DNA of 64,000 nucleotides from Eledone cirrhosa (Eukaryota): NCBI GenBank assembly GCA_964016885.1, contig OZ024745.1, positions 120,776,001 to 120,840,000 of the forward strand, read 5' to 3'. Shown piece by piece: positions 1 to 11,235 of this stretch (position 1 is its first letter; each line of letters starts with the position of its first letter). The notes under the pieces were generated by a model. It saw only the letters and a program-made list of their open reading frames with translations, ran no database searches and was not told where the DNA came from. The position numbers and the translations under genes were made by a program.

Positions 1-812
1 TACTTTGTTTTGTTATGTACTTCTGGTAGTTTCTGGTGGGTAGACTCTGGTCCTGCGCTACAATTAGAAATCCTTCCATCTCAGTCCAGTGCTTTGGAGC
101 CAGTTTTGTGTGTTTTCTTTGTCTACTTCCTTTCTATTTAGCTTTTTTTTGGTATTGGCCATGTAAGGATTTCTCCTGCCATCTTTTTAGCATGGCATTC
201 TGGGGGTCAATTTTCAATTTAAATTTTATGTCTTTCACAATTTTTGTTTTTGTTTTTTCTTTGTTTTTATTTTCCTCACAATTATCTGTTAGTCCGGTTT
301 CTGATTTGAATATTTTGGCTTTGTTCATGTTTCGTGGCTATTTGTATTAGCTTTCCTTTGTTTTTTTATTAAGTATTTTTGTAGTCCTACAGTAGTTTTC
401 TAATTGCATAAGGCCCCTTCCTCCTTGTGTTCTTTGTAGGTATAATCTTTCTACATCTGATTTTGGACGGTGTATTCTAAATGCAGTCATTATTTTTCTT
501 GTTTTTCTATCTATTCCAGCCAGTTCTTTTAGTGTCCAGTTCAGAATGTTAAAGCTGTAACTCCTTACTGGGATTGCTAAAGTGTGATGCCAATCACTTT
601 ATGCTTTGCATTTAGTTCAGTTTTTAGTATTAACCTAATTCTTCTGTAGTATTCTTTTCTAATCTTTTCTTTCATTTGTGTGTGTTGAATCTTATCTATG
701 TTGTTGATTCCTAAGTATTTGTATGTCTGAGTTTGATCTAGTTCTCTTATCTCTGTTTCTTTATCTAACATAATATTATTGCTTTACACTAGTTTCCCTC
801 TCTTCACTGTTG
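1..812 (-). mobile_element. Degenerate R4/Dong-like non-LTR retrotransposon fragment (RT C-terminal region)
   Basis: Minus-strand peptides YKYLGI...KEYYRRIRLILKTELNAKHK, then after a frameshift IDRKTRKIMTAFRIHRPKSDVERLYLQRTQGGRGL. Confidence 0.8.
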
Positions 813-944
813 TATAAAAAGAAATATAATAATTGTTTCTACTTTTGGCACAATGCCAGCAATTATCTCAGTGTATTACTGGTACTTTATTTTATCGACT
901 CCCGTAAGGATGAAAAGCAAAGTTAACCTCGGCGGGATTTGAAC

Positions 945-1265
945 AAAACAGAGCAAACCCCAACCATAAAAGATACACAGAGTGCTAACCAACAAAAACC
1001 GATCCCAGACAACACAACCAAAAATACAAATATGGTGTTGGACAGATATAGATATATAAAAAGTAGATGATAGAATGACAAGTCAGTCAATCATATTGAT
1101 GGCCTCCCCACAGCCCCGGCAGGCAGAATGGAGAAGGCGTTTCCCCGGAGGATGGCAGGGGTGATGAGCTGGAAGAACCATTCTATCTCGCGAGGCCAGC
1201 TCAGCACCTATGGTGGTGAGTAGGGAGGTAGCCATAGGGCCGAGGACACCAGAAGTCTCCACTTC
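945..1265 (-). mobile_element. CRE-like non-LTR retrotransposon 3' fragment
   Basis: Minus strand VETSGVLGP...WFFQLITPAILRGNAFSIL; homologous to 39360-39440; weaker relatives at about 12860-13010 and 17200-17400. Confidence 0.7.
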
Positions 1266-1384
1266 GTTTTTAGAGTATTATGTTGCTGTATGATTGAAGC
1301 ATATTCCTCAGTTATCCATTTGTCTTTTTGATTTTATTAGTGGTACTTGAGGGTTAGAGTCTGGCCCATTATTTAGATCGAAAG

Positions 1385-1578
1385 GGTGATGGACTGGCAG
1401 AATCAGCAGAGCGTCGGAAACCCTGCTTTGCAGCATAGAGTTACGTCCCTTTACGTTCTGAGTTCAAATCCCGCCAAGGTTAACTTTGCCTTTCATCCTT
1501 ATGGGGTTGATAAAATAAAGTACCAGTAATGCACTGAGATAATTGCTGGCCTTGTGCCAAAAGTAGAAACAATTATTT
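1385..1578 (+). mobile_element. tRNA-derived SINE, family A (representative copy)
   Basis: A-box-like TGGCAGAATCAG, B box GAGTTCAAATCC, conserved body ACTTTGCCTTTCATCC...GATAAAATAAAGTACCAG; more than 15 full or partial copies (e.g. near 830, 1835, 4365, 8868, 9095-9590, 12090, 25612, 42700, 60285-60900, 62405). Confidence 0.85.
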
Positions 1579-1964
1579 AGATCGTTATCATTTTTGTTGG
1601 GTATCGGCTTCTGTGTTTCTATGTTTGTACGTTTTCATTTCAAACTCTTTCTTGTTTTACTTACGTGGTCACAATTTCATAAAGAAAATTATGTTATTAG
1701 GATGATCCATATATACAATTTATTTTTGGTAGGCCTTGCTGGTTTCCCCTTCGTTTTCTTAGTATATTTTTTATATTAATGTAAATGATAAAGAATAAAT
1801 GTTTCATTCACTGTTGTATAAAAAGAAATATAATAATTGTTTCTACTTTTGGCACAATGCCAGCAATTATCTCAGTGTATTACTGGTACTTTATTTTATC
1901 GACCCCCGTAAGGATGAAAAGCAAAGTTAACCTCGGCGGGATTTGAACTCAGAACGTAAAGGGC

Positions 1965-2626
1965 TGTAGTGATAGGGGTGACCATTATGTAGCGAATAGA
2001 TGTATTCTTTGCAGGATGAAAAGAATGAAGAATTGTGATGTTGACAATGTTTATTTTATAATAATAAAATTCACTTGTTGGTACATCAAATATTGAGTAA
2101 TAAAATCGTGACAGTTAATAGTCTTACTAGTTACTTCGAGCTAGCGTGAATGCATGTATCAAATAAAACGATATAGTAGAAGTTGTGTGTTGTACTTTAC
2201 AGTAGTAGAGAAAGACAAGAAGTCAAAAGGATAAAGTGTAGCAGGGAACAATATAAGCATACGTGGTTTCTGTAGTAGTGGTCAATCTGTCGAGCTGGTA
2301 TAAAATGTGAGAGGATAGTAACTAGAAGACTGTATTCGTGAAGAGAATCTATAGCGTTAATAGAACTGTTCTTCTGTCGTCTGAGTTAATAACTATCTCT
2401 GGTTCAGTTCTCAAAGCGATTGTATTTATAAAAATACTATAATTAGAAGGATGGTTTTTGAAACAATAGTGGCCAGGTGTGTATCGTCTATCAAGTGTCC
2501 GGGTCACAGGTCAAGTGGTATATACGTTTATCATAGTTGTCTTTTGAGAGGACAATGGTGAGAATTCCTAATTTTTTATTCAATTCCGAATCTTCGCCAG
2601 GTAAGACATAGAAGAATTCCGTTACA
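1965..2626. mobile_element. Solo LTR inserted into a SINE
   Basis: TGTAG...TTACA termini; 4-bp duplication GGGC at 1961-1964 and 2627-2630; the SINE sequence resumes on both sides. Confidence 0.7.
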
Positions 2627-3017
2627 GGGCAATAACTCTATGCTGCAAAGCATGGCGTCTATCGATACTGCCAATCCAATAATACAATGCTTACAGAACG
2701 AAAGCACAAACAAATATAATATAAAGGAAAGGGAAAGCGGTAAAGAAAGAGAAAAGTATCCATGCATTACTGACTTGTGGAGTTATGTCGAACAGCTGTT
2801 GTCTCATGTAGAATGAATCCGGTTATCGGCCGAGTCCATAGTGAAGATCGACCCGCCGCCTTATTTTGGCCTGGAAGGGCAAGCAATTTTCCTCTGTCTG
2901 GTGGCAATAGTGAATGAGGTTTTAGCAGAAAGATACTTTAGACGTATAAAGTATTGTTGAAATGTAAAGTTAATGGGTGAGTGACTTATAGTGTGAAGTG
3001 ATATTACTATGAGAAAA

Positions 3018-3460
3018 AATCACATCGGGGTCACCACTTTAGCAGAAAGATACTTTAGCTGTTGTCTATGTTGGCAAGTGAGTAAGTAGAGTTGCTGGAT
3101 TCTCTATTGATGACAGAGAGGATATCATTATGTATGATATAAGTTGGTAGGCTGCGTGTTTACGTTTAGTAATGAGTTCCATAGTTGATGAAAGAATCCG
3201 AAAGCATATTTAAACTTGTAATAATGGTTTATTCTCTTTAAAACGAATTAACACATACTTTCACCGTGAAGTAAGCTGCATAAAGATCAGTAATGAGTTG
3301 TATAGGTCCTTTCAGGATAAAACATGGAATTATGCAACTGAAGTAAATAGATATTTTGGTAGGAAGAAATGTTGCTGGGCCCCTGCCGAGAGGGCCAAAG
3401 TTCCCTGTTAAGCGCTATATCTTGCCAGCATCTCCAGTATCAACCAGGAACGTAATTAGT
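3018..3460 (-). mobile_element. Degenerate Gypsy-like LTR retrotransposon remnants (tRNA-Trp PBS, protease motif)
   Basis: AATCACATCGGGGTCACCA at 3018-3036 resembles the eukaryotic tRNA-Trp 3' end with CCA; minus-strand FLVDTG near 3430-3450. Confidence 0.5.
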
Positions 3461-3789
3461 TACTTCCTGTGTCCACGAAATGCAAGCCTTAACTGATAGG
3501 TAGAAGTCAAAAAAGGCGCGAAGCAACTGCTGGGTGGAAGTCGACTTTGTTATTCATACACCGCCGAGCCTAAGGGCTGGCGAGTGACAAAGTACGACCA
3601 AGTTATTCCGCAGCTATGAAATAGTACCATTGCTTGCTACAAGGTTGTCTGGTGGACCAGGTTGAAAGGACTGAAGACAGTCACTTTTCTCTTTGTTGTT
3701 CTTATTTTCCGAAAACGGAATAGGGGAGACTCCGAGCAATTTAACTGAGCAATTAACCGCATCCATCATCTACTACTGCTTGACCTTCG

Positions 3790-4365
3790 TGCCTTGTCCC
3801 AAACCCGGTTCGAGATAAACCCCATCACCTTCTTTTGGACAGGAAGGGCAGCCAATTTTCCCCTGTCTGGTGGTGGTAGCGAAAGAGGTGTGGTGGACCA
3901 GGTTGAAAGGATTGAAGACAGACACTTTTTCTCTTTAGCCAATCCCTCATCAACTTTTTCAAGTTTTACTTGGAAAGAAAGGTGAGAGTGGAGAAAGTGC
4001 TGCCCCCCCCCCCATACATTTGTTAAAAGATGGAGGAATGGGGCGAGAATGGCCCGTATGAGTGAGCCTACTCTGACCATACACCTGTAGGTTGGTTAAT
4101 TTGAGGGGGAGTGACCTCCCCAGGTGCCCTAGAAGCGTCAGGTGGTTCAGGATTGGTGGGGTACCTGAGTCACCCCTGGGTGGTTCACTCCTCTATTAGG
4201 GAATTTATTTTGTTATTTTTATATTTTTTTCATTGTTAAATAGGTTTTGTTATTCTGCATTTTTACGCTATCTTATTGTAAACCCCCACTATCCCTGTCT
4301 TTGTATTATCCCCTACATGTCGGTCCTTGTGGCTAATAAATGAAAGCATCATCATCATTATTATT
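3790..4365 (+). mobile_element. Tx1-like LINE 3' fragment
   Basis: Degenerate homology to the ORF2 C-terminus at 54300-54617, then 3' UTR, AATAAA and (CAT)/(TAT) tail; smaller pieces at 2760-2918 and 3650-3690. Confidence 0.75.
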
Positions 4366-4549
4366 AGATTTACGGTCCTTTACGTTCTGAGTTCAAATCC
4401 TGCCGAGTTTAACTTTGCCTTTCATCCTTACAGGGTCGATAAATAAAGTACCAGTAATGTACTGGTATCGATTTAATCGACTTTCCATTCCCCCAAAATT
4501 GCTGGCTTTGTGTCAAGTGTAAAGTATCTTTACATTTTCATATCTTTTC

Positions 4550-5680
4550 AGCACCTTCCAACGGAGGGCTGGGAATGCCGTGGCTGATGATGCGCAAACA
4601 TGCGCTGAGACTACGGCATCTCCAGGTATTCCTCACCGACCAACCAGTGTGGGTACCGTTTGTGAGACAAGCCTTCCCGCAACTTGTCTCGCTGACGGAG
4701 CTGCAGTCCTGGGTCAAGCGGAGACTGAAGAAGATGGGCGCCTGGCACATTGAATGCACTCAGGCGCTCACAGTCCTTTGTCAAGCGGGCACAGCAATCA
4801 GTGGAGACTCCACTTCGACATTCTATAGAAGGCTAGTACATCACAAGGGCGATGACGTGTTCAGAGAGACTCTGGGAGTCGAAGACGACGAGCTCACCAA
4901 TCTGTTTGGTAGGACTTTCCGCCCGGGACCTATGGACAACTTCCAGAGGTCCCTGGCCTGGCAGTGCTACCGAGGAGCTCTACCAGTTCGAGACAAGATC
5001 TACAGGCACGAACTCCCCGGCAGGGATCCTTCCAAGAGGATGTGTCCAAGATGCGAGCAGGACATTGAAACCGTCTTGCACACAATTGTACACTGCCCGG
5101 GCATAACTGACCTGTGGAACTATGCAGAACAACTGCTGTCACGTATGGGACAAATCCAGTTGACTGCCGAGTCCATAGTAAGGATCAAACCGCCAACTTC
5201 TTTCAAAAACGAAAGAGAGACGGTTTTCCTCTGCATAGTGGCTATGGTGAAAGAGGTTATATGGTGGACGAGATTGAGAGGACTGAGGACAGATGCCTTT
5301 CTCTCCGGACAACAGCTCATTCCCTTCTTTAGGTACCACTTTAAAAAGAGAATTAGAGTGGAGAGAGAGAGGCACTGCACCCCAGTAAATTTACTGAAAG
5401 GTGGGTGAATGTAGCAAAAATGACCCGAGTGATTGGGCCTTCTCTGTATATAAACCTGTAGGTTGAAGAAGAGAGCAAAAGGAAGAAAGGAGCACTTGCA
5501 CAACACGCTCCTGAAGTTGAGGGTTGTTCTATCGACGGGGTATTAAACAACCCATTTGTGACGCCTCCCCCTATTGCGGATTTCGATTGTTAAATTTGTT
5601 TGTTTCAATATCTTTAAACGATTGTATGTAAAATCACTATCATGTGACCTTGTTTTGTCCTTTCTTAATAAAGAAATACA
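4550..5680 (+). mobile_element. 5'-truncated Tx1-like LINE (ORF2 C-terminus plus 3' UTR)
   Basis: ORF 4575-5408 aligns with the end of ORF 51654-54617 (GLGMPWLMMR, MDNFQRSLAWQCYRGALPVRDK, CPRC...HTIVHC); late frameshift. Confidence 0.9.
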
Positions 5681-5792
5681 TATTTCAAGTAGAACAAATT
5701 TAACATAGTTTCACTATCTGGTTTCCGAGAAAACTCGTTAGTTTTACATCACGATTTTATATGGCTTGTAACATCTAATATAGGGAAGAAAT

Positions 5793-5993
5793 ATGATGTA
5801 CATACTGTTGTCTCCCAGTGTGATCCGCTACACTCAAGATTCTATTTCTCCATTCTTCCAAAATGGGAACAAAATACAAGCTCTTCTTTCGGATATCATC
5901 AATAATCGAATTACACCTGACCAAATCCCTACAATCAGAGTTGTGTTGAGAGATGGAAAATATTATAGTATGGACAATATGAAAATATTATAG
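5793..5993 (+). pseudogene. Truncated duplicate of the 5' part of the ParB-like ORF
   Basis: First 62 codons almost identical to 6271-6456 (2 aa differences); breaks inside the DNRRL motif. Confidence 0.85.
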
Positions 5994-6270
5994 TATGGAC
6001 AATATGAAAATATTATAGTATTAAACAACCCATTTGTGACGCCTCGCCCTATTGCGGATTTCGATTGTTAAATTTGTTTGCTTCAATATCTTTAAACGAT
6101 TGTATGTAAAATCACTATCATGTGACCTTGTTTTGTCCTTTCTTAATAAAGAAATACATATTTCAAGTAGAACAAATTTAACATAGTTTCACTATCTGGT
6201 TTCCGAGAAAACTCGTTAGTTTTACATCACGATTTTATATGCCTTGTAACATCTAATATAGGGAAGAAAT

Positions 6271-7062
6271 ATGATGTACATACTGTTGTCTCCCAGTGTG
6301 ATCCGCTACACTCAAGATTCTATTTCTCCATTCTTCCAAAATGGGAACAAAATACAAGCTCTTATTTCGGATATCATCAATAATCAAATTACACCTGACC
6401 AAATCCCTACAATCAGAGTTGTGTTGAGAGATGGAAAATATTATAGTATGGACAACAGGAGGCTGTATGTGTTCAAAGAAGTACAACGCTTAAGTAAACC
6501 AAACTTGCAGATTGACGTTTCGTTAAGTTCATACTTCGACGAAAATAAGTTCACTACAGAAAACGATGGTTTAAGTGTAAGAGTAAGAGGTAAGAAATGG
6601 AGTAAGACACAGCAAGAAAATACTGAAGTTGAGTTTAAATCGAGTAACAGAGAACACAGAACTACATACAAATCACCTGCAACACAAAATATAGTTGCTC
6701 CGTCTGTACAAAGTATTAGGACCCCACCTGAACCAAGTACTCGGATCTCTTTAGCACCAAGTGACATGACTCCAGTTAAGCCAAGAACTCAGATCTCGTC
6801 AGCACCAAATCACAGGACCCCACCTGAACCAAGTACTCGGATCTCTTTAGCACCAAGTGACATGACTCCAGTTAAGCCAAGAACTCAGATCTCGTCAGCA
6901 CCAAATCACAGGACCCCACCTGAACCAAGTACTCGGATCTCTTTAGCACCAAGTGACATGACTTCACTTAAGCCAAGAACTCAGATCTCGTCAGCACCAA
7001 ATCACAGGACCCCAAAACATTACAGTGAAAGTGAGAAACAATGTTGTTGTGTAATTCTTTAA
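6271..7062 (+). CDS. ParB/Sulfiredoxin-like domain protein with 32-aa repeats and C-terminal CaaX (CCCVIL)
   Basis: 263-aa open frame; IRYTQDSISPFF.NG...IPTIRVV...DGKYYSMDNRRLYVFK; possible splice acceptor AG 9 nt upstream of the ATG; ATTAAA signals near 7183 and 7264. Confidence 0.75.
   Translation: MMYILLSPSVIRYTQDSISPFFQNGNKIQALISDIINNQITPDQIPTIRVVLRDGKYYSMDNRRLYVFKEVQRLSKPNLQIDVSLSSYFDENKFTTENDGLSVRVRGKKWSKTQQENTEVEFKSSNREHRTTYKSPATQNIVAPSVQSIRTPPEPSTRISLAPSDMTPVKPRTQISSAPNHRTPPEPSTRISLAPSDMTPVKPRTQISSAPNHRTPPEPSTRISLAPSDMTSLKPRTQISSAPNHRTPKHYSESEKQCCCVIL
6718..7014 (+). repeat. 96-bp coding tandem repeat, 3 units plus a partial
   Basis: Units start at 6718, 6814, 6910, 7006; RTPPEPSTRISLAPSDMTPVKPRTQISSAPNH. 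Confidence 0.95.
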
Positions 7063-7383
7063 ACAGCCACAATATTTCTCTAAAAACGGGCATATTATTT
7101 ACGGACAAAAATCCATGGACTTTCATCAAAACAGCTGCTTTTCTAAAATAGAACTTTAATGAAATCTTTTTTGTAAGTATGTATTAAAAAACGCTTCAAA
7201 TTCTATACTTGCTTTTCTCATGTAACTTTCTCTATACTGTTCTATATATATCCATGATTGTTAATTAAATATTATACGCACAAACCAACTCTCCATGTTA
7301 CTTTCATACAACCCAGTATCTTCGCTGGCTATTCCAACAAATTTACATTCCCCCTTTTTTTTAGCCGTTAAAAGAAATATAGA

Positions 7384-7680
7384 TTTTTTTTTTTTGGCGA
7401 TTTATTAGAGAGGGGGTGCTCCCTTCTTCTCTTACCTGTACAAGCCGATACAGAGAGATGGCCCACGTACACGGGCCATTATTGCTACTTTCACCCATCT
7501 TTCATGGAATTGGCTGGGACTGAGTGCCTTTTTCTCCAAGAGGACCATTTGTTGGCCGGCGACATATCCCCACAGTTTCCTCGTTGCAAACGCATCTGGG
7601 ACATTTCTTTTCCAAGGGGTTTCTGTCCCGGAATCCGTGTCTGTAGAGCCTTTCCCGAACGGGCAGGGCCCCTCGGTATA
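7384..7680 (-). mobile_element. Internally deleted Tx1-like 3' fragment with poly(A)
   Basis: Minus strand RGALPVRERLYRHG...KCPRC joined to the ERWVKVA end, AATAAA and A-tail. Confidence 0.75.
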
Positions 7681-7804
7681 ATAGTAAGTATTAGTGGTTG
7701 TAATAAAAATGCAATCAAAATGTAATAAATACCTTCACTGATTTCTTTCCTTATATTATCAACAGAAGTTGGTATGTCACCCAAAGTTCGCTTTGTATGT
7801 TCCC

Positions 7805-8866
7805 GAATAGTTGGTGAGCTTGCAGCTTGGCACCTGGAGAAGCAAGTCTATGCCATCCAACAGTGTCGTCGGGCACTGGACAGATGGACTGGTAAAGTTG
7901 CCCGGGGAAAGTGGAGGAAAGTGCCATTAGCTGGGCCTGTCCAAGATGTGCATTGGGCAACGAGACCATCCTGCACGCAATTGTCCAGCGTGCGAACATT
8001 GCTGACTTGTGGGTTTATGTTGAACATCTGCTGTCATATGTAAAATGAATCCGGCTATCAGCCGAGTCCATTGTGAAGATTGCCCCGCCACCCACCTTTA
8101 ACCAGGAAGAGCAGGCAGTTTTTATCTGCCTGGTGGCCATGGTAAAAGAGGTTGTATGGTGGACGTGTCTGAAAGGGTTGAAGACCAGCACTTTGCTCTT
8201 CAGTGGCGCCCTCATTAACTTTTTCAAGTTTCACCTGAAAAGGAAAATCAGGGTGGAGAGAGCAGTGCTGCCTTCCAGCCAGTTTATTGAAAGGTGGGTG
8301 AGAGAGGCAGGAATGGCCCGTGTGAATGGGCCTGCCCTGAGTGTGTGCCTGTAGTAGCGTAGAAGGAAAACTGAGAGAGGGTGCTTGCCCTAGCGGTCAG
8401 GGTGTCTGTGGCTTTTTGTGGGCTTTCTCCATGAGTGACCCTTGGAAGTCTCCCCATTATTGGGGAATTTTTCCTTTGTTTTCATTGTTTTGTTACATCC
8501 TTTGTTTTTGTTTTTTATATATATAATTTTTTTTTTACACACATAAATGTCGATTTGTACCATCTTCAGAGAAGTCCTGATTAACTTTCTCAAATTTCAT
8601 TTGAAAAGAAAAGTCAGCATGGTGATAGAAGTGCTCCTTCCCAGGAATTTTTTTGAAAGATGGGTGAGAGAGGCGAGCATGGCCCGAGTGAAATCTCCCT
8701 TTCCTATGGGGAATTTACCTTTGTTTCATTTTTTTTACTGTTTTTGTTTTATGTTTTTGTTTTTACATGCAGAAATGCCTATTTGAACCATCCTGTGCTC
8801 TCCTTAATGTTATGTTTGTGTCAACCCTTGTGGTTCATAAAGAAAATATCATTATTATTATTATTA
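7805..8866 (+). mobile_element. Rearranged tandem Tx1-like 3' fragments
   Basis: Pieces homologous to 53360-53450 and 54180-54870; ends in (TTA)n. Confidence 0.85.
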
Positions 8867-9094
8867 GGGCAGTAGACTGGCAGAATCGGAAGAGTGTCAA
8901 GCACCATGCTTTTCAGAATAGAGTTATGTCCCTTTACGTTCTGAATTCAAATCAGACCGAGGTTAACTTTTGTCTTTCATTTTTATGGGGTCGATAAAAT
9001 AAAACACCAGTAATACACTGGGGTTGACTTAATCGTCTTTCCCCTCCCCCAAAAATTGTTGGCCTTGTGCCTATAATAGAAATCATTATTATTA

Positions 9095-9488
9095 CTTGGC
9101 GGGATTTGAACTCATACCATAAAGGGCCATAACTCCATGCTGCAAAGCATTGTGTCCGACGCTCTACTGATACTGCCAATCTACTGCCACAGTAATAATA
9201 ATTGTTTCTACTTTAGGCACAAGGCCAGCAATTACCCAGTACATTACTGGTACTTTATTTTATCGACCCCGTAAGGATGAAAGGCGAGGTTGACTTTGCC
9301 TTTCATCCTTACGGGGTCGATAAAATAAAGTACCAGTAATGCACTGGGTAATTGCTGGCCTTGTGCCTAAAGTAGAAACAATTATTATTACTGTGGCAGT
9401 AGATTGGCAGTATCAGTAGAGCGTCGGACACAATGTTTTGCAGCATGGAGTTATGGCCCTTTATGGTATGAGTTCAAATCCCGCCAAG
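9095..9488. repeat. Near-perfect palindrome of about 394 bp built from SINE sequence
   Basis: Arms 9095-9285 and 9298-9488 are reverse complements; two mismatches seen. Confidence 0.9.
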
Positions 9489-11104
9489 GTTAACTTTGCC
9501 TTTCATCCTTACGGGGTCGACAAAATAAAGTACCAGTAATGCACTGGGTAATTGCTGGCCTTGTGCCAAAAGTAGAAACAACTATTACTATAATTATTAT
9601 TATATACAATGTACTGCCCTTTTCAACCATTTTTTTTATAAAACTGTGTTTCAATTTACAACATTATAATGTTCACCTACTCCCTGTTTCAGTTTTAACA
9701 GTATATAATACTGATTAACCCTGCCAGCCCTCTCATTTATTCCCTACTCTACATCCTGTTGTTGCAAACATGTTTTTAATACATTTTAAATAAATACCTC
9801 TTATCTATAAGATCTTCCTATCTTTTCATTTTATCAACATTTCTATAAAATGTCTGCAATAAATACAAGATAAATTTTGTTTAAGAATCTTGTAAAAAAA
9901 AATTGTTGGCTTGAAAATATTAAATATCATTTCCTTAATAAATATTTGCAACTTATAGAAATAAATATTATGTAAAAAGCAAATAACTCAGAAAATAAAA
10001 CACAAAAAGAGGACTATAGAATTTGAAAAATTATTTGCTACATATATGGCCATTTATATCCAGTTTAGAATAGATACACCATATCCTGTGAGTTGTAAGA
10101 AACAACTTAAAGGGGTGGTGTCGTGAAGGGCATCCAACTGTAAAATATTGCCTCAAAAATTTCCATTCAGCATGATAAGTCATTGTAAGAATGATGATGG
10201 TGAAATGAATCAAGCATGCTCCATGGAATATGTTTTGTTATTTAGTGTGCATGACTGACAAAGTACAGATGAGTTAAGAAAAACTATGCATAAGAGGAAG
10301 GAATTGGATGTAGAGTAGAGAAGAGACTACATTGGTATGAGTACATAATGTATGGATGATAATTGTTGGGGGAATTTGGAAATTTTCATGGAGCTTCCTC
10401 TGGAAAGCTGATTGACTGTGTTTTCACTACTTATTACACTTTGTGGTGAAGGCATGTGGCTTGGTGGTTAGGGAGTTGGATTTGTAATTGTGAGGCTGCA
10501 AGTTTGATTCCTGGGCTGGACAAGGCATTATGTCCTTGAGCAAGTCATTTTATTTCCCATTGCTCTTTCTGCCAGGTAGATGATATCAACTATGGAAAGA
10601 CCATGGAAACATTGTTTCTTTGGTACAATTCAACGAGTTTTGTCGATCTGTTAAAAAAATTACATTTTGTTGATAATAAGTTATCCTCAGTCTTACACAT
10701 TAGTATATGTTACGGCTTAGTCAGAGAAAAGATAATAGCATCATGAACCATTCCAGGACCTCTGAGTCTAGTGGGGGGAATAGAGAAAGTTATCCCCAGA
10801 ATGAAGACCTTGCCCAGTTGATTGCAACAAGATAAACTCTGCTTAAGTTATCCAATAGCCCGGTTGTGATGTTAAACAGAGATACAAGTGAAGTCTACAA
10901 TCCACAAACAGGAATGGTCCTTCCCCCCACCCTACCTCACAATATTTTTGTTGACCTGAGGCTATGATAGGAGACATTTCCTCACAGTGCTTTGTAGTGA
11001 GGTCAAACCTGAAGCCACACACTTATAGAGAAAATTTCTGAACCAAACAGTTATGCTTTTACCCACATATTTGGGAAGCAAACATCTTAACCAAACAGTC
11101 CTTA

Positions 11105-11235
11105 AACAGTCAGGAAGAGCCTATAACAGTTAGGAAGAACCTACAATAGTCAGGAAGGACCTACAATAATCAAGAAGGACCTACAATAGTCAGGAAGGGT
11201 CTACAACAATCAGGAAGGACCTACAACAGTCAGGT
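11105..11235. repeat. 20-bp minisatellite, about 6 copies
   Basis: CCTACAAYAGTCAGGAAGGA-like units. Confidence 0.85.

Noticed and set aside
1385-1480. Possible tRNA genes with A and B boxes
   Set aside because: No cloverleaf; always followed by the SINE body
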